A stretch of DNA of 63,919 bases, filler included, from Sluysia triapertura (taxonomy: Eukaryota): assembly GCA_046118255.1 (NCBI GenBank). It is 5 parts of 5 records of this genome, joined end to end, with 100 filler letters (N's around TTAATTAATTAA, not from the genome) between each part and the next. Parts side by side here need not be neighbours in the genome. Positions count along the whole stretch, not along the records: positions 27,809 to 39,849 come from JBJNIA010145277.1; positions 39,950 to 52,942 come from JBJNIA010066291.1; 3 more parts are not named here. One strand, 5' to 3'. The position numbers were made by a program, and so were the translations under genes. Numbering within the stretch: the stretch's first letter is position 1; each line of letters begins with the position of its first letter. The notes beneath the pieces are model-generated. The model was not told the DNA's origin. It worked only from the letters and a program-made list of their open reading frames with translations, and made no database searches. This document shows, piece after piece, positions 37,800 to 51,599 of this stretch.

Positions 37800-39450
37800 T
37801 TCTTTTTTGTGACTGTGAGATTTGGTAGAAAGTTACGCACAGGTCTTTACAGCCCTTGTCGATTCAAGTTTATATTTACTAGCCTCTTTTACCAATGGGT
37901 TTCATTCACTTACTGGAATAGGAGAATATTGATCTTCGTATTTTACAGAAAACTCGAAAACCGACGAAATGTCTTTTTGTTGTATATATCGCACGAGCCT
38001 ATATAGCTCATCACTTTAGGTGATTTCTTAAGTTACATATTTGATTTTGTTTTAAGGTATTATTAAAAAAGGTTTAATTTAGTATAACATTATTGACAGT
38101 AAAATTCATAGCCATTAAAGGAATAGTAATATTCACAAGGTTTTTAATTTTATATCACTGCTCTAGAATTGTTTTTACTGGAGTAATTTATAAATGTTTG
38201 TTTGTATTGATAGATTTTTTAACATGTGTTCTACTAAGACACATTTTAGGATTTTCTAGAAATATCTGCACTGCTCGAATGTTTTATATATATTATCCAA
38301 AGGAAATCCTATGCAGCTCTTTGAAGAATTATTTGTGGCTCTCGAGTTCACTTTTCATTTTTGTGTTATTATATTTTAAAAAATTATTATCGTTCCGCAT
38401 GTGTTTCAAAATGTCTTAAATTACTGATAACAAATATGAAAGACTAAGTGCAACGTTTTAACAAATTTAATTTCCCTCCAAGTTAAGAATGATATAACTC
38501 ATACTTTTTATACGTATTTAATTGCGGCTCGCGAAAAATTTCAAATACTGAAAAATGGCTCTGACTATCAAGGAACTTGGCCAACCCTGATTTAGAGCTA
38601 TATTCATATTCCTTTATTCTTCTTCGGACTTACTGCTTTTATTAGTACAAAAATATACAATAACAACAAAAACACAATCAGTTTTATAGGAAACAAATAC
38701 TTTCTTTTCAAATTTATGGCATTACTGATGAGTCTGATACTTTTTCAGCATTATATGATATTATATCCAGATATTACATCCGGAGATTCAAAAGAATGTG
38801 GTCTTGATGTAGGGATTGGAGAGGGATTGATTCAGTATTTTTGTTTGCATTATTTGGAATTGGTGTTTGTAATATTGTACTTCCTCTCCAATGTGTGGAA
38901 CAATAATTTCTGGTACTATCTTATGTGATCTGTGTGAAAATTTTACAAAGCCGTATTTACTATGAATTACAATATCATCAAGTTTATCTATAACATCCAA
39001 TCCCATTATTAATTCAAATGGACTGTTGTCCCATACACTTATGAGTATATTAGCACAATTAATTATGAGTATATTAATGTCAATTCTCCATTAATGTTTA
39101 TTGGAACATGTTTTATACTATAAATTGTTGTTTTAGGTGGATTCATTATGATGGTTTCCCAAGTTGTTAGACAATTAAACTGAACAACTGATGTGGTAGC
39201 TCCAGTATCAATAACAGTTTTGATCCATGTACAAAAATATATTTTGAAACATGTGGTGTTATATCCCTACTGACATCATTACTATTTGCTTACTTATAAA
39301 AGAATGAATTGAAGGTGGTCTTCTTGTTTTGGTTTAATTTTCAGTATTGTCTTAGAAACTTTTCTATTTTTTAAATTATATTCTTCCTACGGCCTATTTT
39401 GCATCGGTTAACATGTACTACTACAGTATCTGAGTTACTTTTATTCGGAT
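37800..39450 (-). mobile_element. Gypsy/Ty3 LTR-retrotransposon pol debris
   Basis: Retropepsin WIKTVIDTGATTSVV (about 39228-39184) with downstream LIMGLDVIDKL. An integrase C-terminal-like VVHVNRCK lies near 39420 and a zinc-finger-like VMSYIGSCDIYNKK near 38010. Confidence 0.72.
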
Positions 39451-39464
39451 CTGTTGTGTCTTAC

Positions 39465-39677
39465 ATACTTTTTTATTTTACAAATTATTAATTAAAACTA
39501 AATAATTAAACAAATTAAACATATTCTTTAGATTATCACAAAATTACAACCAAAAGATAGATATAAATTATTCTTTATAACGACAATACAAAGTACTCTT
39601 TATAACAAAATACATATTATTCTCTATAACAATATTATAAATTACTCTCTAAAAACAAATCACCATCAGGGGTGACA
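39465..39677 (-). repeat. LTR-like terminus beginning TGTCACCCCTG followed by T-rich sequence
   Basis: Related TGTCACC(C) termini followed by T-rich tracts also occur at about 26708 (+), 46290 (-), 54368 (-) and 56679 (+). Confidence 0.5.
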
Positions 39678-39849
39678 CAACTTAAATCTTCACACCCGTA
39701 TTAATGCAAAATATAAACTGTAAGAAATGTACCGTATCACTAATCCTTGCTCTAAAAAGAAAACGAATTATGTTAGTCAATTGCTAAAGAAATGACTTTA
39801 GTTTCACCGTTATCCACTGATGAATTAAAGCAGCTTCCATACAGTTAAA

Positions 39850-39949
39850 NNNNNNNNNNNNNNNNNNNNNNNNNNNNNNNNNNNNNNNNNNNNTTAATTA
39901 ATTAANNNNNNNNNNNNNNNNNNNNNNNNNNNNNNNNNNNNNNNNNNNN
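39850..39949. other. Artificial contig spacer, followed by an (AAT)n microsatellite at 39950-40012
   Basis: N44-TTAATTAATTAA-N44. Confidence 0.97.
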
Positions 39950-40014
<65 letters not shown>

Positions 40015-40559
40015 GTAATAGTAATAGTAACTATAATAGTAAAATTAATGATGATAATGATACTAATAATAATAAAATAACAATGATAAAATGAAATATA
40101 TTTTTAAATATATTTTGAACCACATAAAAGCAAAAACATGTAAAAAGAGGGTCATGTGTAATATTAACAAAATGTTAATATAATATTGTTAACAATAATA
40201 ATAACAATAACAATAATGTTTATAATAGTAGTTATAAAATAAAAAATAGTATTTAGTAGTAGTAGTAGCAGTAAATGTGGTGACCAAACTCATTACTCAA
40301 AATTTTTAAAACTTCACAACCAAACAACTTAAAATATTAAATGTTAACAACTTAAAATCTTTTTAGTTAAAAATCCAAAAATCAGATAAAAAATGAAATT
40401 TCTATCAAAAAACAAGTTCAACTCTTTATTTTCTACCACAATTTTTTTCGCTCACTTTTACTTCTTCCCTAAACTTCTATCTAATTATTTTTATAGTTTA
40501 TATTTTCTAACACTCCTCACTATAATTTCCTCCTAACTCTTTACTAAACAGTCTATGTT

Positions 40560-41710
40560 TCATGTTAAACCTATTACCTTTTGTTTGCCGGAAACGCCAC
40601 AAGATTATGAGAAAATTCTAAAAATGCTACAGTAGCTGGCGATAATAAAAGTGTCCCGGTTTCCGAAGAAACTGATATCACTGAAAACATACCATCTATA
40701 CCTGTGACTACTACTACATCTGTAACAGAATCTGTAGTAGTATCTTCTAATCAACCACCAGTAGTTTAAATGACAACTGAATTTATATAGACAGATTTTC
40801 TTTGTCTACTTGAAATAGAATTTCCTTTCAAACCAGTTACGAATTAAAACGTAATATATTAGTCGCAATCTAGAGTTCCTTTACAAACACAACCTATTGG
40901 TTCTTTACAATCTCAACCTCAAGTTGCCATGGAGTCTGTGAAAACCATTCCAATTCAACATATATCATAAATTCCAGCACAGTGTCTTAATAATGCACCC
41001 ATAGTAACTCCTAATAAACCATCGACTATTGAATGCAAATATTGAAATTGATGTTAACAAATAAGAAGATGCTCTCTTATTGATGCAACAAACCGAGTCT
41101 ATAGATCAGCTATTGGAACCTGTGCATCAACTGGCTTAGGCTATTCAAGTACATAAAATAAAAGATCAAACCATCTGTTTCGTTACCTTTGGATATTGGA
41201 AAATACAGTGCTGAATTTAAATTGCTTTTCCAATGAATCCCATCACTGATCTGCGTTCGATTGATGTACCTCAATTTAACCAAATTGGAAATGTTAACAA
41301 GGATATGTTGGATGCTCTACGTAAAACGTTTGTTGCAATACTTGGCCACATTTCACAGAATAAAAATTCATTGCTTAGTAAGACTGCACCATCAAATATT
41401 GTAAAGGATAATCAGTCTTTCAAAAATCAATCAAATACATTAGAAAAATCTGAATCTAACATTAAAGAATAAGAGTATTCTAATTTCCATAAAGATTTAG
41501 ATGAACTTTTTGAGAATGATTAGAAAGTGCTTTTTAAAAAAACGAATTGAATCAGGATGAGAAATAATCCAAGTTTATCAAATTCCACTTGGTAGTGGTG
41601 TACTGGTACGTACAAATGGAATGATACAAAATCCAAAGAAAACTAGTCTAGTAACTCAAAAATTAGCGGTTAAAAGCAATCGAAGAAAAGTTGTCAAAAA
41701 CGCATCTGAT
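40560..41710 (+). pseudogene. Decayed Ser/Thr/Pro-rich coding-like segment, unidentified
   Basis: Several broken plus-strand frames, for example SVPVSEETDITENIPSIPVTTTTSVTES and the ORF at 41233-41472. Confidence 0.3.
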
Positions 41711-42039
41711 TAAATTTTATTATATAATATCAAAATTCGAATTTTTATGTGTTTTATCAAAATTAATTGACCATCATTATGAATTGTAAGATACAGCAAA
41801 GAATATGTAAAAGTTTACGCAAATGTTAAGTTTCTTTTAATTTTAAGTAATAAAAATAATAAGTAAAAATGTAATAACACAATAACTCTTAATAATAATA
41901 ACTCTAATAATCATAATAATCGCAATACTAACAATAATAATATACTAATATATACTAATATATAAAATGTCTACCAAAATTGGTAGTAGACACAATTTTA
42001 GATTATTTCCAACTTAGTTGAAATTATGGCTTACCGTAT

Positions 42040-42630
42040 CTATAAATGAAAGTAACGACAAAATTGTTCAGGATCGAATGTTCAATTCTTTATTAGTGAA
42101 AAGTACATAATGAAGTTGATAAAATGAACGAGCAAATTAGTGAAGAGATACTTGAAGTAGAAATGAAATACAATTTGAAAAGACGACCATTATTTCAACA
42201 GCTTGTGAAATATATCCCGAGTTGCTGGATTAATGCTCTTAGTAATTGTTTACAATTAATCATCATATTTGATAAACAAGGTGATAAGCACTCTTTAGTT
42301 AGTTTCGATGTTCAAGAATTTGACGATTTTAATTTAAATTATATTAGCGTTTGCACCAAACGATTATTTTACTAATGTTGCCATTAATAAATCCACACAT
42401 GCTGGTGGGCTAGAAATTAAGTCAACTCGTGATTCAATGGTACTGAAGGTTTCAAGAGATTATGTTAATGTCATGTACGAGTCAGTTCATAAAGTTTGTT
42501 CCAGCAACAATCCATTTAGTTTCATACAATGGTGAACATCATACATTTCAAATTCCATGATAAAACTGGAGGAAGTTATAGAAGACGATTTATTGTTTAG
42601 TCCTTTACAATGTTTCTTAGCTATAATGAA
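42040..42630 (+). pseudogene. SET: SET/TAF-I (NAP1 family) processed pseudogene
   Basis: EVDKMNEQISEEILEVEMKYNLKRRPLFQQ...IPSCW...DVQEFDD and later SFIQW...LEEVIEDDLLFSPLQ follow SET ([24 protein letters not shown]...IPNFW...LGEVIKDDIWPNPLQ). There are deletions and stops and no introns. Confidence 0.88.
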
Positions 42631-43257
42631 TTATGGAATTCAATTCGATTTGTTGAAAAATGAAAATTCTAATTAGAAGTAAGGCTTTGTAACTGTTTAT
42701 TATCTATATCGTGTTCTAGTGTGCCTTTTAAAGAATTCTTTCTCCGATGTTGTAACAGTTTTAATATGTGCGTTGTCGAATTTTATCTTAATATTGTGAA
42801 TATCATAATTAATTATTTTATAAATGATTGTAATAAAAAGTTCCTAAATAAATATAATTTTATCAATACAACACTAAAGTAAAAGTAATAGTTATAGTAA
42901 TATTAATAGTAATGGTAATTGTAAAAATTATATCAAAATAATAATTTAATTTTAATTTTTTAATTTATTATTTCATATAATCTTTATAATGATTATAAGC
43001 ATTTTGATTTAGATTTTATACATGAAGGAGTTAGAGGCTTTGAGTTGGTCATAAATTCTTGTGTAAAATTAAGCAACGGTCTAGATGATAATTATAGATA
43101 ATACTTATTGGAAAAGCCTGACAAATTGAGATTTGGATATCTATACATTCTTACTTTATATTAATTTATATTAAATTTAAAATAAATTTTTCTAAACAAT
43201 TGCAAAGAAATTGTTAATTTTTATAATTTGATAAGTTTTATTTTCATAATTAACTAG

Positions 43258-43527
43258 GTGATAGAAATATTTCGCGACAGACCTGGGCATGAATGGGTTG
43301 TTCAAGGTTATTATGGTACATTGATCGAACTCTTGAATTGTCCAGAAACGTTTTATACTAGTGTTGAAGTTACTGCTGGTACGAGACTATTTTATCATGT
43401 GGTTGAGAATGAAGAATTGGTTATAAAAATTTTACAAGAAGTAAACAAACATAATTTACCTGGAGAAATAAATTTCTTTCCAATCAATCGTTTACATGCA
43501 CGTGAATCTGTTTATCCCGAAACTAAC
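43258..43527 (+). CDS. SMC3: Cohesin subunit SMC3, single internal exon (hinge domain)
   Basis: A 270-nt phase-0 exon bounded by CTAG| and |GTAAGT. FYTSVEVTAGTRLFYHVV...NLPGEINFFPINRL...YPETN matches the SMC3 hinge. Confidence 0.93.
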
Positions 43528-44353
43528 GTAAGTTAAAATTATACTCAAAATAAATAGTGATATTGAATATTTTGCAGGTTGGAAAAGTATCTTAATGTGG
43601 ACCTTAGAAATGAAATGAAGTTAAACCAAGTGGAATTTATTGAATTTGAATAAGTTTTAATTTTGTTTAAAAATTTTGAACTAAGACAATAATTGGTAAT
43701 GTTTTTCATTCCTATACTATATTTATGAAAACGTTCTTGATATAAATAAAATAACTTCATAATTTTAAGACGTAGAATTTCGTTAATACGTAAGTGTGCG
43801 TCACAATGAATCTTTTTCTTATTTAATTGTATTTAATTTAAATTTTATAACTTTAATCACACTTGATCTTTAAGTTAACAAAAACTCTTTAATATTATAA
43901 ATTAATTATAATTTGAATGAATTTCAAGTTTCGGTTAAGATACATTACAATCTCAAAGACGAATAGTGATAATTGGGAGAGTATTTCAAGTCCCATCTCA
44001 GACTTAAATTCATTGGATCTTAGAACTATTCCTGTTTGATGAAATCGGACATTAATGGGTTCGTGATCTACCCTAAAAGAAATAAAACAATAGATAATTT
44101 GATTAATTAAACTAAAACAATAAAAATTGTAATAAAAATAAAATGACACTCACTAAAAAGATTGTAGAAATTTTAGCTGGATTACAATAATTGTCATTGA
44201 CTCTTGATAGTGCTAAAGAATCTTTTAAAGAATACTGATGAACCATATACATTAAGTAGAAAACAAATACTTGTAAATTGATTTTTTTATCTTGAGTATA
44301 AAAACATACATATTCTTTATTCTAAATATTAAATATTAAAATATTAATATTAA

Positions 44354-44531
44354 CCCATTCGCTGCCAAGGACGAGTATACTCGTCCTTGGCAGGGTGTCA
44401 CGCATTGCCAAGACGAGTATACTCGTCCTACTTTAAATGTATTATAACATGCAGGCATTTGAATAAGCAAATAATAAATATAAATGGCAATGGGGATGAT
44501 TTCATATAATTCGGGCTTGGCAGCGAATGGG
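44354..44531. mobile_element. piggyBac-type MITE (178 bp)
   Basis: Perfect 16-bp TIR CCCATTCGCTGCCAAG, TTAA flanks, and two copies of the palindrome GACGAGTATACTCGTC. Confidence 0.93.
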
Positions 44532-44970
44532 TTAATAACATAAAAATGAATAAAATTGACAGACAAGCCACTATCAATGGTGACAAGAATTTATACATAG
44601 AAACTAATAGTGTCACCATTTATAATGGTAATTAGTGGTTATATAATTCGATAAAATTAAGAATAATAAAAATAAAAATGATAATAATGTAAATAACAAA
44701 TATTGATAAAAACACACTTTCGTTTTGATTGATACATAATTTTAACACACATTTTCGTTTAGTCTGATATATATGGATTATTTTATTGATTTTTAACTAT
44801 CTATAATATTTGTAATTTTATTGATTTATATTTTGTAATTTATAATTTTTGTTATAATTTTTGATTTTCAATTAATTGGATTATTTTCGAATTGGACTAT
44901 TAAATTTTAAGTTATAAACTTTAAAATTAATAAAATTTAGAATTACTTCTGTTTTAATAAATAAAATAAA

Positions 44971-45811
44971 TAATTTGTTTTAATCTGGCCAAGAGCAGTT
45001 AGATCAACTATAAATAGTCATAAAATTTAAAAATAAAACACAATTTTCTGTTAATACAAATTCTTATAAATATTTTTCGTCGAACCAAAAAGCAGGAGCC
45101 AAACTTTTGAAGACTAAGAAAAAATTCCTACGAAGAAAATTAAATTTTTACTGAATTTCTCCTTAAACAAAAAATACGTTAGTTTATTATGGTAGGTTTG
45201 GATATAAAATATATCCTCGAAAACTACACGTAAATTAAATTTCTATAATCATTTCCGAAATCTTATAATAGATGTCACGTACAATCACTGGTAAATTATT
45301 ATTATTTTGAGAATTAAAATTAATTCTACCTAATATTTTATTTTATATATATTCTCAATTGTACCTTATAAATTTGTTAGATAATTAGTGTATAATATTT
45401 GTTAAAGGTTTCATTTTTTGGATTTTTATAGTTTCGAATATAAAATCCATACCAAAGCAAAGATTTCTCCTATTAGAATTTAATTCTAATATCGCAAAAT
45501 CAATTATTACAGATACTTTTCACAGGATCTACTTCTAATAATATTTTTTCAGTTAACAAAATATTAAATTCCACTTGTTTATATACTATTTACAGCTTGC
45601 ATTGACTCCCATTTGTTATAAGAATTTGTTATAAGATTTGGCTATAAGAATTTAAATTCTGAATTAATAGCAAAATTATTAAAGTAAGAGCATCCTATTA
45701 AATTTACACTTGAGGAAGTTATTCCACCTTTATTTAACAAATATTTTCTCTATAAATCCAACGGCTAGCGCTACCTGGTAAGCCTAGTATGTTGGTGGAC
45801 TCACGTTAAAA
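44971..45811 (+). repeat. Structured TATA-bearing non-coding repeat, copy B
   Basis: Same ordered blocks as copy A: TAATTTGTTTTA.TCTGGC.AAG, TATAAATAGTCATA, TACGTTAGTTT, GGATATA..TATATCC, CTTATAATAGAT, ATTAGAATTTAA.TCTAAT, TTTTCA.AGGATC, CCAACGG...GTTGGTG, ACGTTAAAA. Confidence 0.85.
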
Positions 45812-46439
45812 ATCTTGTTTTATTCTATAAGGATCTTATTTACTTTTAAATCCACACATATCTATTACGTCTTTATTTCATTATTTATGTCAGTTATTTT
45901 ATAGTAAAATAAACTTAACTTGAAATCTTACTGAATTTTAATGCTTGTTAAAATTTATTACAAACTATCACAAAGAATTTTCTTTACCTACAATACAAAT
46001 CAATTTATTACTTTAAGAACTCCTCATTACTATTAAATCTAAGTTAATTCCTTCTAATTTTAAAATAAATAAAATCAAAATATACAACTTTAATTATATT
46101 CAATATAAGGTAATTTCAATAATAGGGAAGTAAAAGCAAATAATTCCAATTAATTTTTCCAAATTATCTATTCTTAATATTATCAATCTAATATTCAAAA
46201 CTACTGTTACTTAACAGTAATTCGAAATAAAATATGAAAAATAACCAAAATAATAATTAATAAAAATAAAATGAAAAACAGGGGTGATGCAACGTAAAAT
46301 CTAAATAAAATATTTTAACTATTACTCATGTTTATTCCTTAATCAAATGTAAATTTTCCCATAAATTATGTAATTTAATTCAAATAATGAAACATAAATT
46401 TAATCTTAATATAAGTAAATTAATTAAAAATAAATCTAA

Positions 46440-47010
46440 CCACAATACCCAAAAGCAGGCTTATACTGGAAGTGTTTGCCTACAAAGACACTTTTTTCGT
46501 CTAATGAATCATCCACTCCAGGCCATAAATCATCTAAAGAACGTATCAAAATCACGTGCTATAGAAACGCATCCGGAGCTCATACAATGAAACTTCTCGT
46601 GATTGGAAAAGCAAAAAAGCCAAGCAAAAATGAAGAATCATCTTGTTGACTACTAGAATCAAAAAGGATCATGGATAGACAGAAAGATCTTTGAACTATG
46701 TAACATTTCAGAATTATGTGAACTAATGAAAAATTTAAATGGCTTTGAAAATGTTAATGACCAAAATGTTGAGAAATGAATGGAATTTGATTCATCTGAT
46801 CCAGGATTCCAGATACAAAAATGAAAATCTAAATGAAAATGAAAGTGAGGTAGAAGATATTACCAATCGCATTAGTCAAGACAAGGCGATACTTTACTAG
46901 AATACGTCGACTATAACGAAATAATATCTTGAAGAAAAATTTGAGAGGATATTAAAAAAGTCATTGAGAAATTCACTGAAACAAATCAAAATGACCGAGT
47001 TTTTAATATT
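46440..47010 (+). mobile_element. Jerky/Tigger-like (pogo) transposase C-terminal relic
   Basis: GFENVNDQNVEK*MEFDSSDPGFQI matches the Jerky-like tail GxExxDxxDVxEWLxxDxxDPGFQ. Confidence 0.7.
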
Positions 47011-47574
47011 ATGTATTATGTTTTTTATTATTATTTTGCGGATTTTCCACATTTTTAGATTATCGTGCTGATCCTCACCATCATTAGCAGTTTACTGTAT
47101 AATAAAATGGAAATGTATTATTAGCTCAATTTTTAAATAGAATGCTTAGATTCGAGTTAATATCTTCTTTCTGGCAATATTTTTCAACTTGAGTCATTCA
47201 TTCATCAATGTAATGATATATATGGAATGATATACTTATTATTAAAATGAGTATAATAATTATTGTGAAAGTAATTATTATAACAATAACTATAAATTTA
47301 TGGTAATTATAAAATATGACTATGTTTATGTTTTAAATGTATCGAGTAACTTGTTCAGCATTTTATTTATGTATGAAGTGTTGATTTATGATGAAATTGG
47401 TTTATGTTGTGATGTCTAGATTTAGAGTTCACTACAATATTTATACACTTTCAAACAATTTTATTCAATAAGAAAAAAACTATAAGATAAATTGGGCAGG
47501 GAGTCTTCCAAAAATTAAATAAGATCTATTTAATAAAAGCTAAATTGACATAATAATTAATACTACACACGCAG

Positions 47575-47740
47575 TACCGGGTCAATTGACCCATGTAAGA
47601 ATTATTATATGATTTTTTTACTAAATCAGCAATTACATTTACTTTTTTGGCAATGACTTTTCTTAAAATATTAATTCCTTCTTTTTCATATAAAGTTTTG
47701 CAACTTTGCATAAACTACCGTGACTGGTCAATTGACCCTA
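47575..47740. mobile_element. piggyBac-like subterminal fragment
   Basis: Two copies of the palindrome GGTCAATTGACC about 145 bp apart. No intact TIRs. Confidence 0.45.
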
Positions 47741-47859
47741 ATTTAAATTCTATGCAAAATGAGGTTTTCATTGTGTTTTATATAACATAAGTACTTATAA
47801 TTTTTACAAATGTAAAAAATATGTTAAAAGAATTTCATCTATTCTTTTTGGTTTGTCAT

Positions 47860-48015
47860 AAGCCGACCAATTTTATTGATTAAATTTAAACAGTAATTTT
47901 CGCCTATGTCCAATATCATTATATTTTATAATTACTCAAAGATAATGGGATTTTTGATGAACAGTCTTTTATCTTTTCAACATAATTAAAACAAAATTTA
48001 ATATCGTTATTGCAT
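47860..48015 (+). repeat. Interspersed repeat homologous to 54660-54810 (+) and 53790-53940 (-)
   Basis: Shared CAAAGATAATGGGAT, ATGAACA and TTTCAACATAATTAAA.CAAAATTTAA.ATCGTTATT. Confidence 0.8.
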
Positions 48016-48089
48016 AAGTATTCTATTTTTAACGTAATTTATTAACTTAAATTAAGGATAGAATTAATGAAATACCAAATTCATTTTTC

Positions 48090-48182
48090 ATAGAAATCTT
48101 TTATACAATACCGTATGCGTTGCACGCCGAGTTCAATAACATATTTGAATTGGTATCTTCATGAACATCAATTTAATATATA
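48090..48182 (+). repeat. Interspersed repeat (second copy at about 56139-56203)
   Basis: Shared AATCTTTTATACAAT and GTATCTTCATGAACATCAATTTAATATATA. Confidence 0.8.
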
Positions 48183-50399
48183 TGTAGGGATTGCCCAACT
48201 GTGGATCTGGAACTGAATGAAAACCTATAAAATCATAAAATGAGGGAAAAACTCATATAAGTGATGGATTGAACATTATAAACATTGTTGAAATAAGAAT
48301 AATGAAAGAGAAAACATTTATAATACTCTTAACAGCTAAAGAATTGTTGCGTCTTTAAAAAAATCACTGGCTTTTGCGACTCAATATGACTTAAAGGAAT
48401 CTCGATAGTTTTAATAGTCAATTTATTAAATATATTTTTTAATAATGTTCTCTTATGGTATCACTAACTATTATTCCAAAAACTTAAACACCCGATAATA
48501 ACAGAAGAAAGAGATTTAATTAGGTATAAGGAATAATATCAAAATTAATCTAACATCGTATAAAAATATGAGAATCATTATTATTACGTTTAATCAAACA
48601 CTACCCCCAAAAGACATAATAGTTATAATATATCTTCAATTCGAATCTTCGTTACCAATTCAAAAAGTATTTTTTTTGTTTGACTTCACTTCCTCACCAG
48701 CTGTTTTCTTCTGTTGACGCCAACCAGCACTTAAACGTCACTATCCATAAGTAGTCAAAAACGTTAAATTTCGGATTGTTTGCCGTATTTGGCCATTATT
48801 AACAAATAAAAATCAATTAAAATATATAAATTTAAACTAATAAATATATAATAAAAGGACATTTAACAGAAACATTTTTTAAAATAATTTTAAAAGATAA
48901 ATTAATGGGCCATTTAATCAAATATAGCTACTTTATCATTAAAATAAGATAATTGTTGTAACTGTGATAGTAATAATAACAATAATTATCTGTTAATATT
49001 TATAATGACGTAATCAATCCCATAATAGTAATATAATATTTACCAATAATTGTCCATGACTAAACAATAATAATTAAATAAATCACAATAGTATACCACT
49101 ATATAAGCAATTTGTCATACAACTTGAAAAAATGATGGAATTATAAATGGAGAATATCAATTACAAAGATGCTAAATATTTCAATTTTTACCAGTGAACA
49201 AAAACAAAACAAACAAAAACGAAGTTACAAAAAAGAACAACAAACAAATACTAGAATTGATTCGCATGCTGTTACCATCAAAAGCAATCAACAAAGAACA
49301 TTATCCAACAAGGATACAAAACCAAATCCCGTCCTTATCAAAAACATTAGAGGCATTTCAAACATCTTTGAGTTTTTTATTTTATAGGAGATATTAAAGT
49401 TATATGCATCAATAAATAGTATAAGGATTATTTTTTTTATTCACCATTCAAGGTTAGTCACTATCTATTTTTTCTTTTCACAATTTTTATTAATAAGGTT
49501 TACGATCGTTTTTAAACTTCTTTTTTGAATCATAATATTCATTATAACCGCTTCTTCTTTTAAACATATTAAGTCTGATAAGTTTTCAAAAGTAAGTTAA
49601 GATGAAATAAAACATTTTTGTGGAAAAAATCTTTTGTTATAACTCTATTCATTATTGAAATTGTATAAGGCATGACTATACTTCGACAACCATGTCATAA
49701 TTTATTCGTTTTTAACCAGTCAATTTTTTCAAAAAGTATCTTTATCTTTTAGAAAAAACCTATTCAGAATTGTACTTGCTACTGGACCTCATTGCGCCGG
49801 TCAAGACGTAAGGTCGTCGCTATAGCAAACATTTTTGTTTGCGGCGCTCTTGACGAAAAAACGGGTAGGGTATTCAGCATAGTTTCATGAATCCCTAAGA
49901 TCCAGTTTGAGTAGGCTAAAGAGTAAGCCAATAGATGACATGATATTTTATCGTCATTTATGTAGCATGTTGTCATCTGATCGGCACACATTGAAGGTCA
50001 AAGTATGCAGTACACTTAGTTTAGGTTTCATTTTCTAATTTCTTTAGATATCTTGATAAACATTCTGATTCATTTTTGACTATGATTAGCGACAAAGAGA
50101 AAAATCATTTGCTACTTTTAGAGCAAATCTTCTCTGTCCATAATTCATAAAGCATTTAACATAAAGTTAAAATTAATTTTTGAAATTACTATTATAAAAT
50201 ATAAGTTTATTTTTTATTTTTAACTTAGACCAAACACAAAAATGTTATAAATTATCCAACTCAAGGAAATATATTTTAAAATCATTTATTTCATACCATT
50301 AATTTTTCATACATTAATCAAACAATAATCTAAACACAAATTACTTAGATTATAATTATTTTAAAGACACATTTATTATTAAATCTTACTTCTTTGACA

Positions 50400-51103
50400 T
50401 TTCCTTTCTTTATTAAGAAGAGTACAAATAATACCATATTTTTTCTTTAATTCAAGAAAAATTTTGTGAATATATTTCATATCGTGCTCTTTTCATGCAT
50501 ATTTTGCTGAAACAATCCTTTTACCACTCATCTCAGTGCAATTTTTCGGCCTGGATGTTTAAATCTACTTAATAATTGTTTATTAGCTGCCAAATCAGTT
50601 AACCCATGTAAGTTATTTTTTATTTCTAAAACTATTAGATCATTATCTAGTCCATATCCCACCAATATCTTTCCTTTCAGTAATAATCCTATATAAGTAA
50701 TAATTGCTTGTTCATCTATTTGATTAATTAAATCCTTTTCAGTAAAATGTGTAATTCTTGTTATATAATATGTTACATAATTCCAAAGTGTAATTTTAGC
50801 AGCAAATATTTCTTTTCCTTCATAATTCAACAATGCTATACCTGCCAATCCTAACTTTTTATACTTTACTTGGACAAATTCAGCATCTAAAAATATCAAT
50901 CGCTCTTTAATATTTTCAAATCCTAATAAAAATTCATCGTTACTACCCATTTGTAATTTTATATCTTCAGGTATTGTAGCCTTAATATAAGGAATATAAA
51001 AATTCTTATAAAATTCTATGCATATAATAGATTGTTTACTAGAAAAAGTGAAGGATAATGATTTATAACAAAATTTAAGATTCAAAGTCTGATATTGACC
51101 CAA
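50400..51103 (-). pseudogene. DEDDh 3'-5' exonuclease (REX4/ISG20-like), intronless, disrupted at the C-terminus
   Basis: ExoI FLDAEFV, then IALLNYEG, YITRITHFTEKDL, ExoII LLKGKILVGYGLDNDL and KIALR. The ExoIII region lies beyond an in-frame stop at 50528-50530. Confidence 0.8.
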
Positions 51104-51599
51104 AATATAGCTTCATTTTGCTGTTTTAACCTTAGTTTCATTTTTTATTACATAAATTTGAATCTCCATAACAATTCGGATAATCATTAATTAAAATTAA
51201 TGTCCGATTTCTACTATTAAATTTTAATACGTTAGGTATTTTTATTATATTATCAAATTCTAAAACCTTGGACTCAGAAGTTTTTAGAAATTTATTAACA
51301 ATATCTAAGTCCGATATTTTGATAATATTGAATAATTTCAGATAATCACACACAAAAAAATCATCAAATGATGATAAAAAAATGAAATAGCTATAAATGT
51401 AATAGTTAAAAAGCGTTAAATGATAAAAAAAGTCAAAATGACTAAAATAGAATCAAGACAATAAAAAGTCCATTGATAAAATTATAATAATAAATGATTA
51501 TCAGATGAAAATATAATATTTATGCACAATCTACTAACAGTTGAAAATAGTGTTGACAATGACGATAGCCGTGGCAATGAACCTATCAACAAAGTAAGT

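Noticed and set aside
38724-38750. CTGATGAG hammerhead-like core (also CTGAAGA at about 54454)
   Set aside because: No stem II followed by GAAA, and no closing stems.
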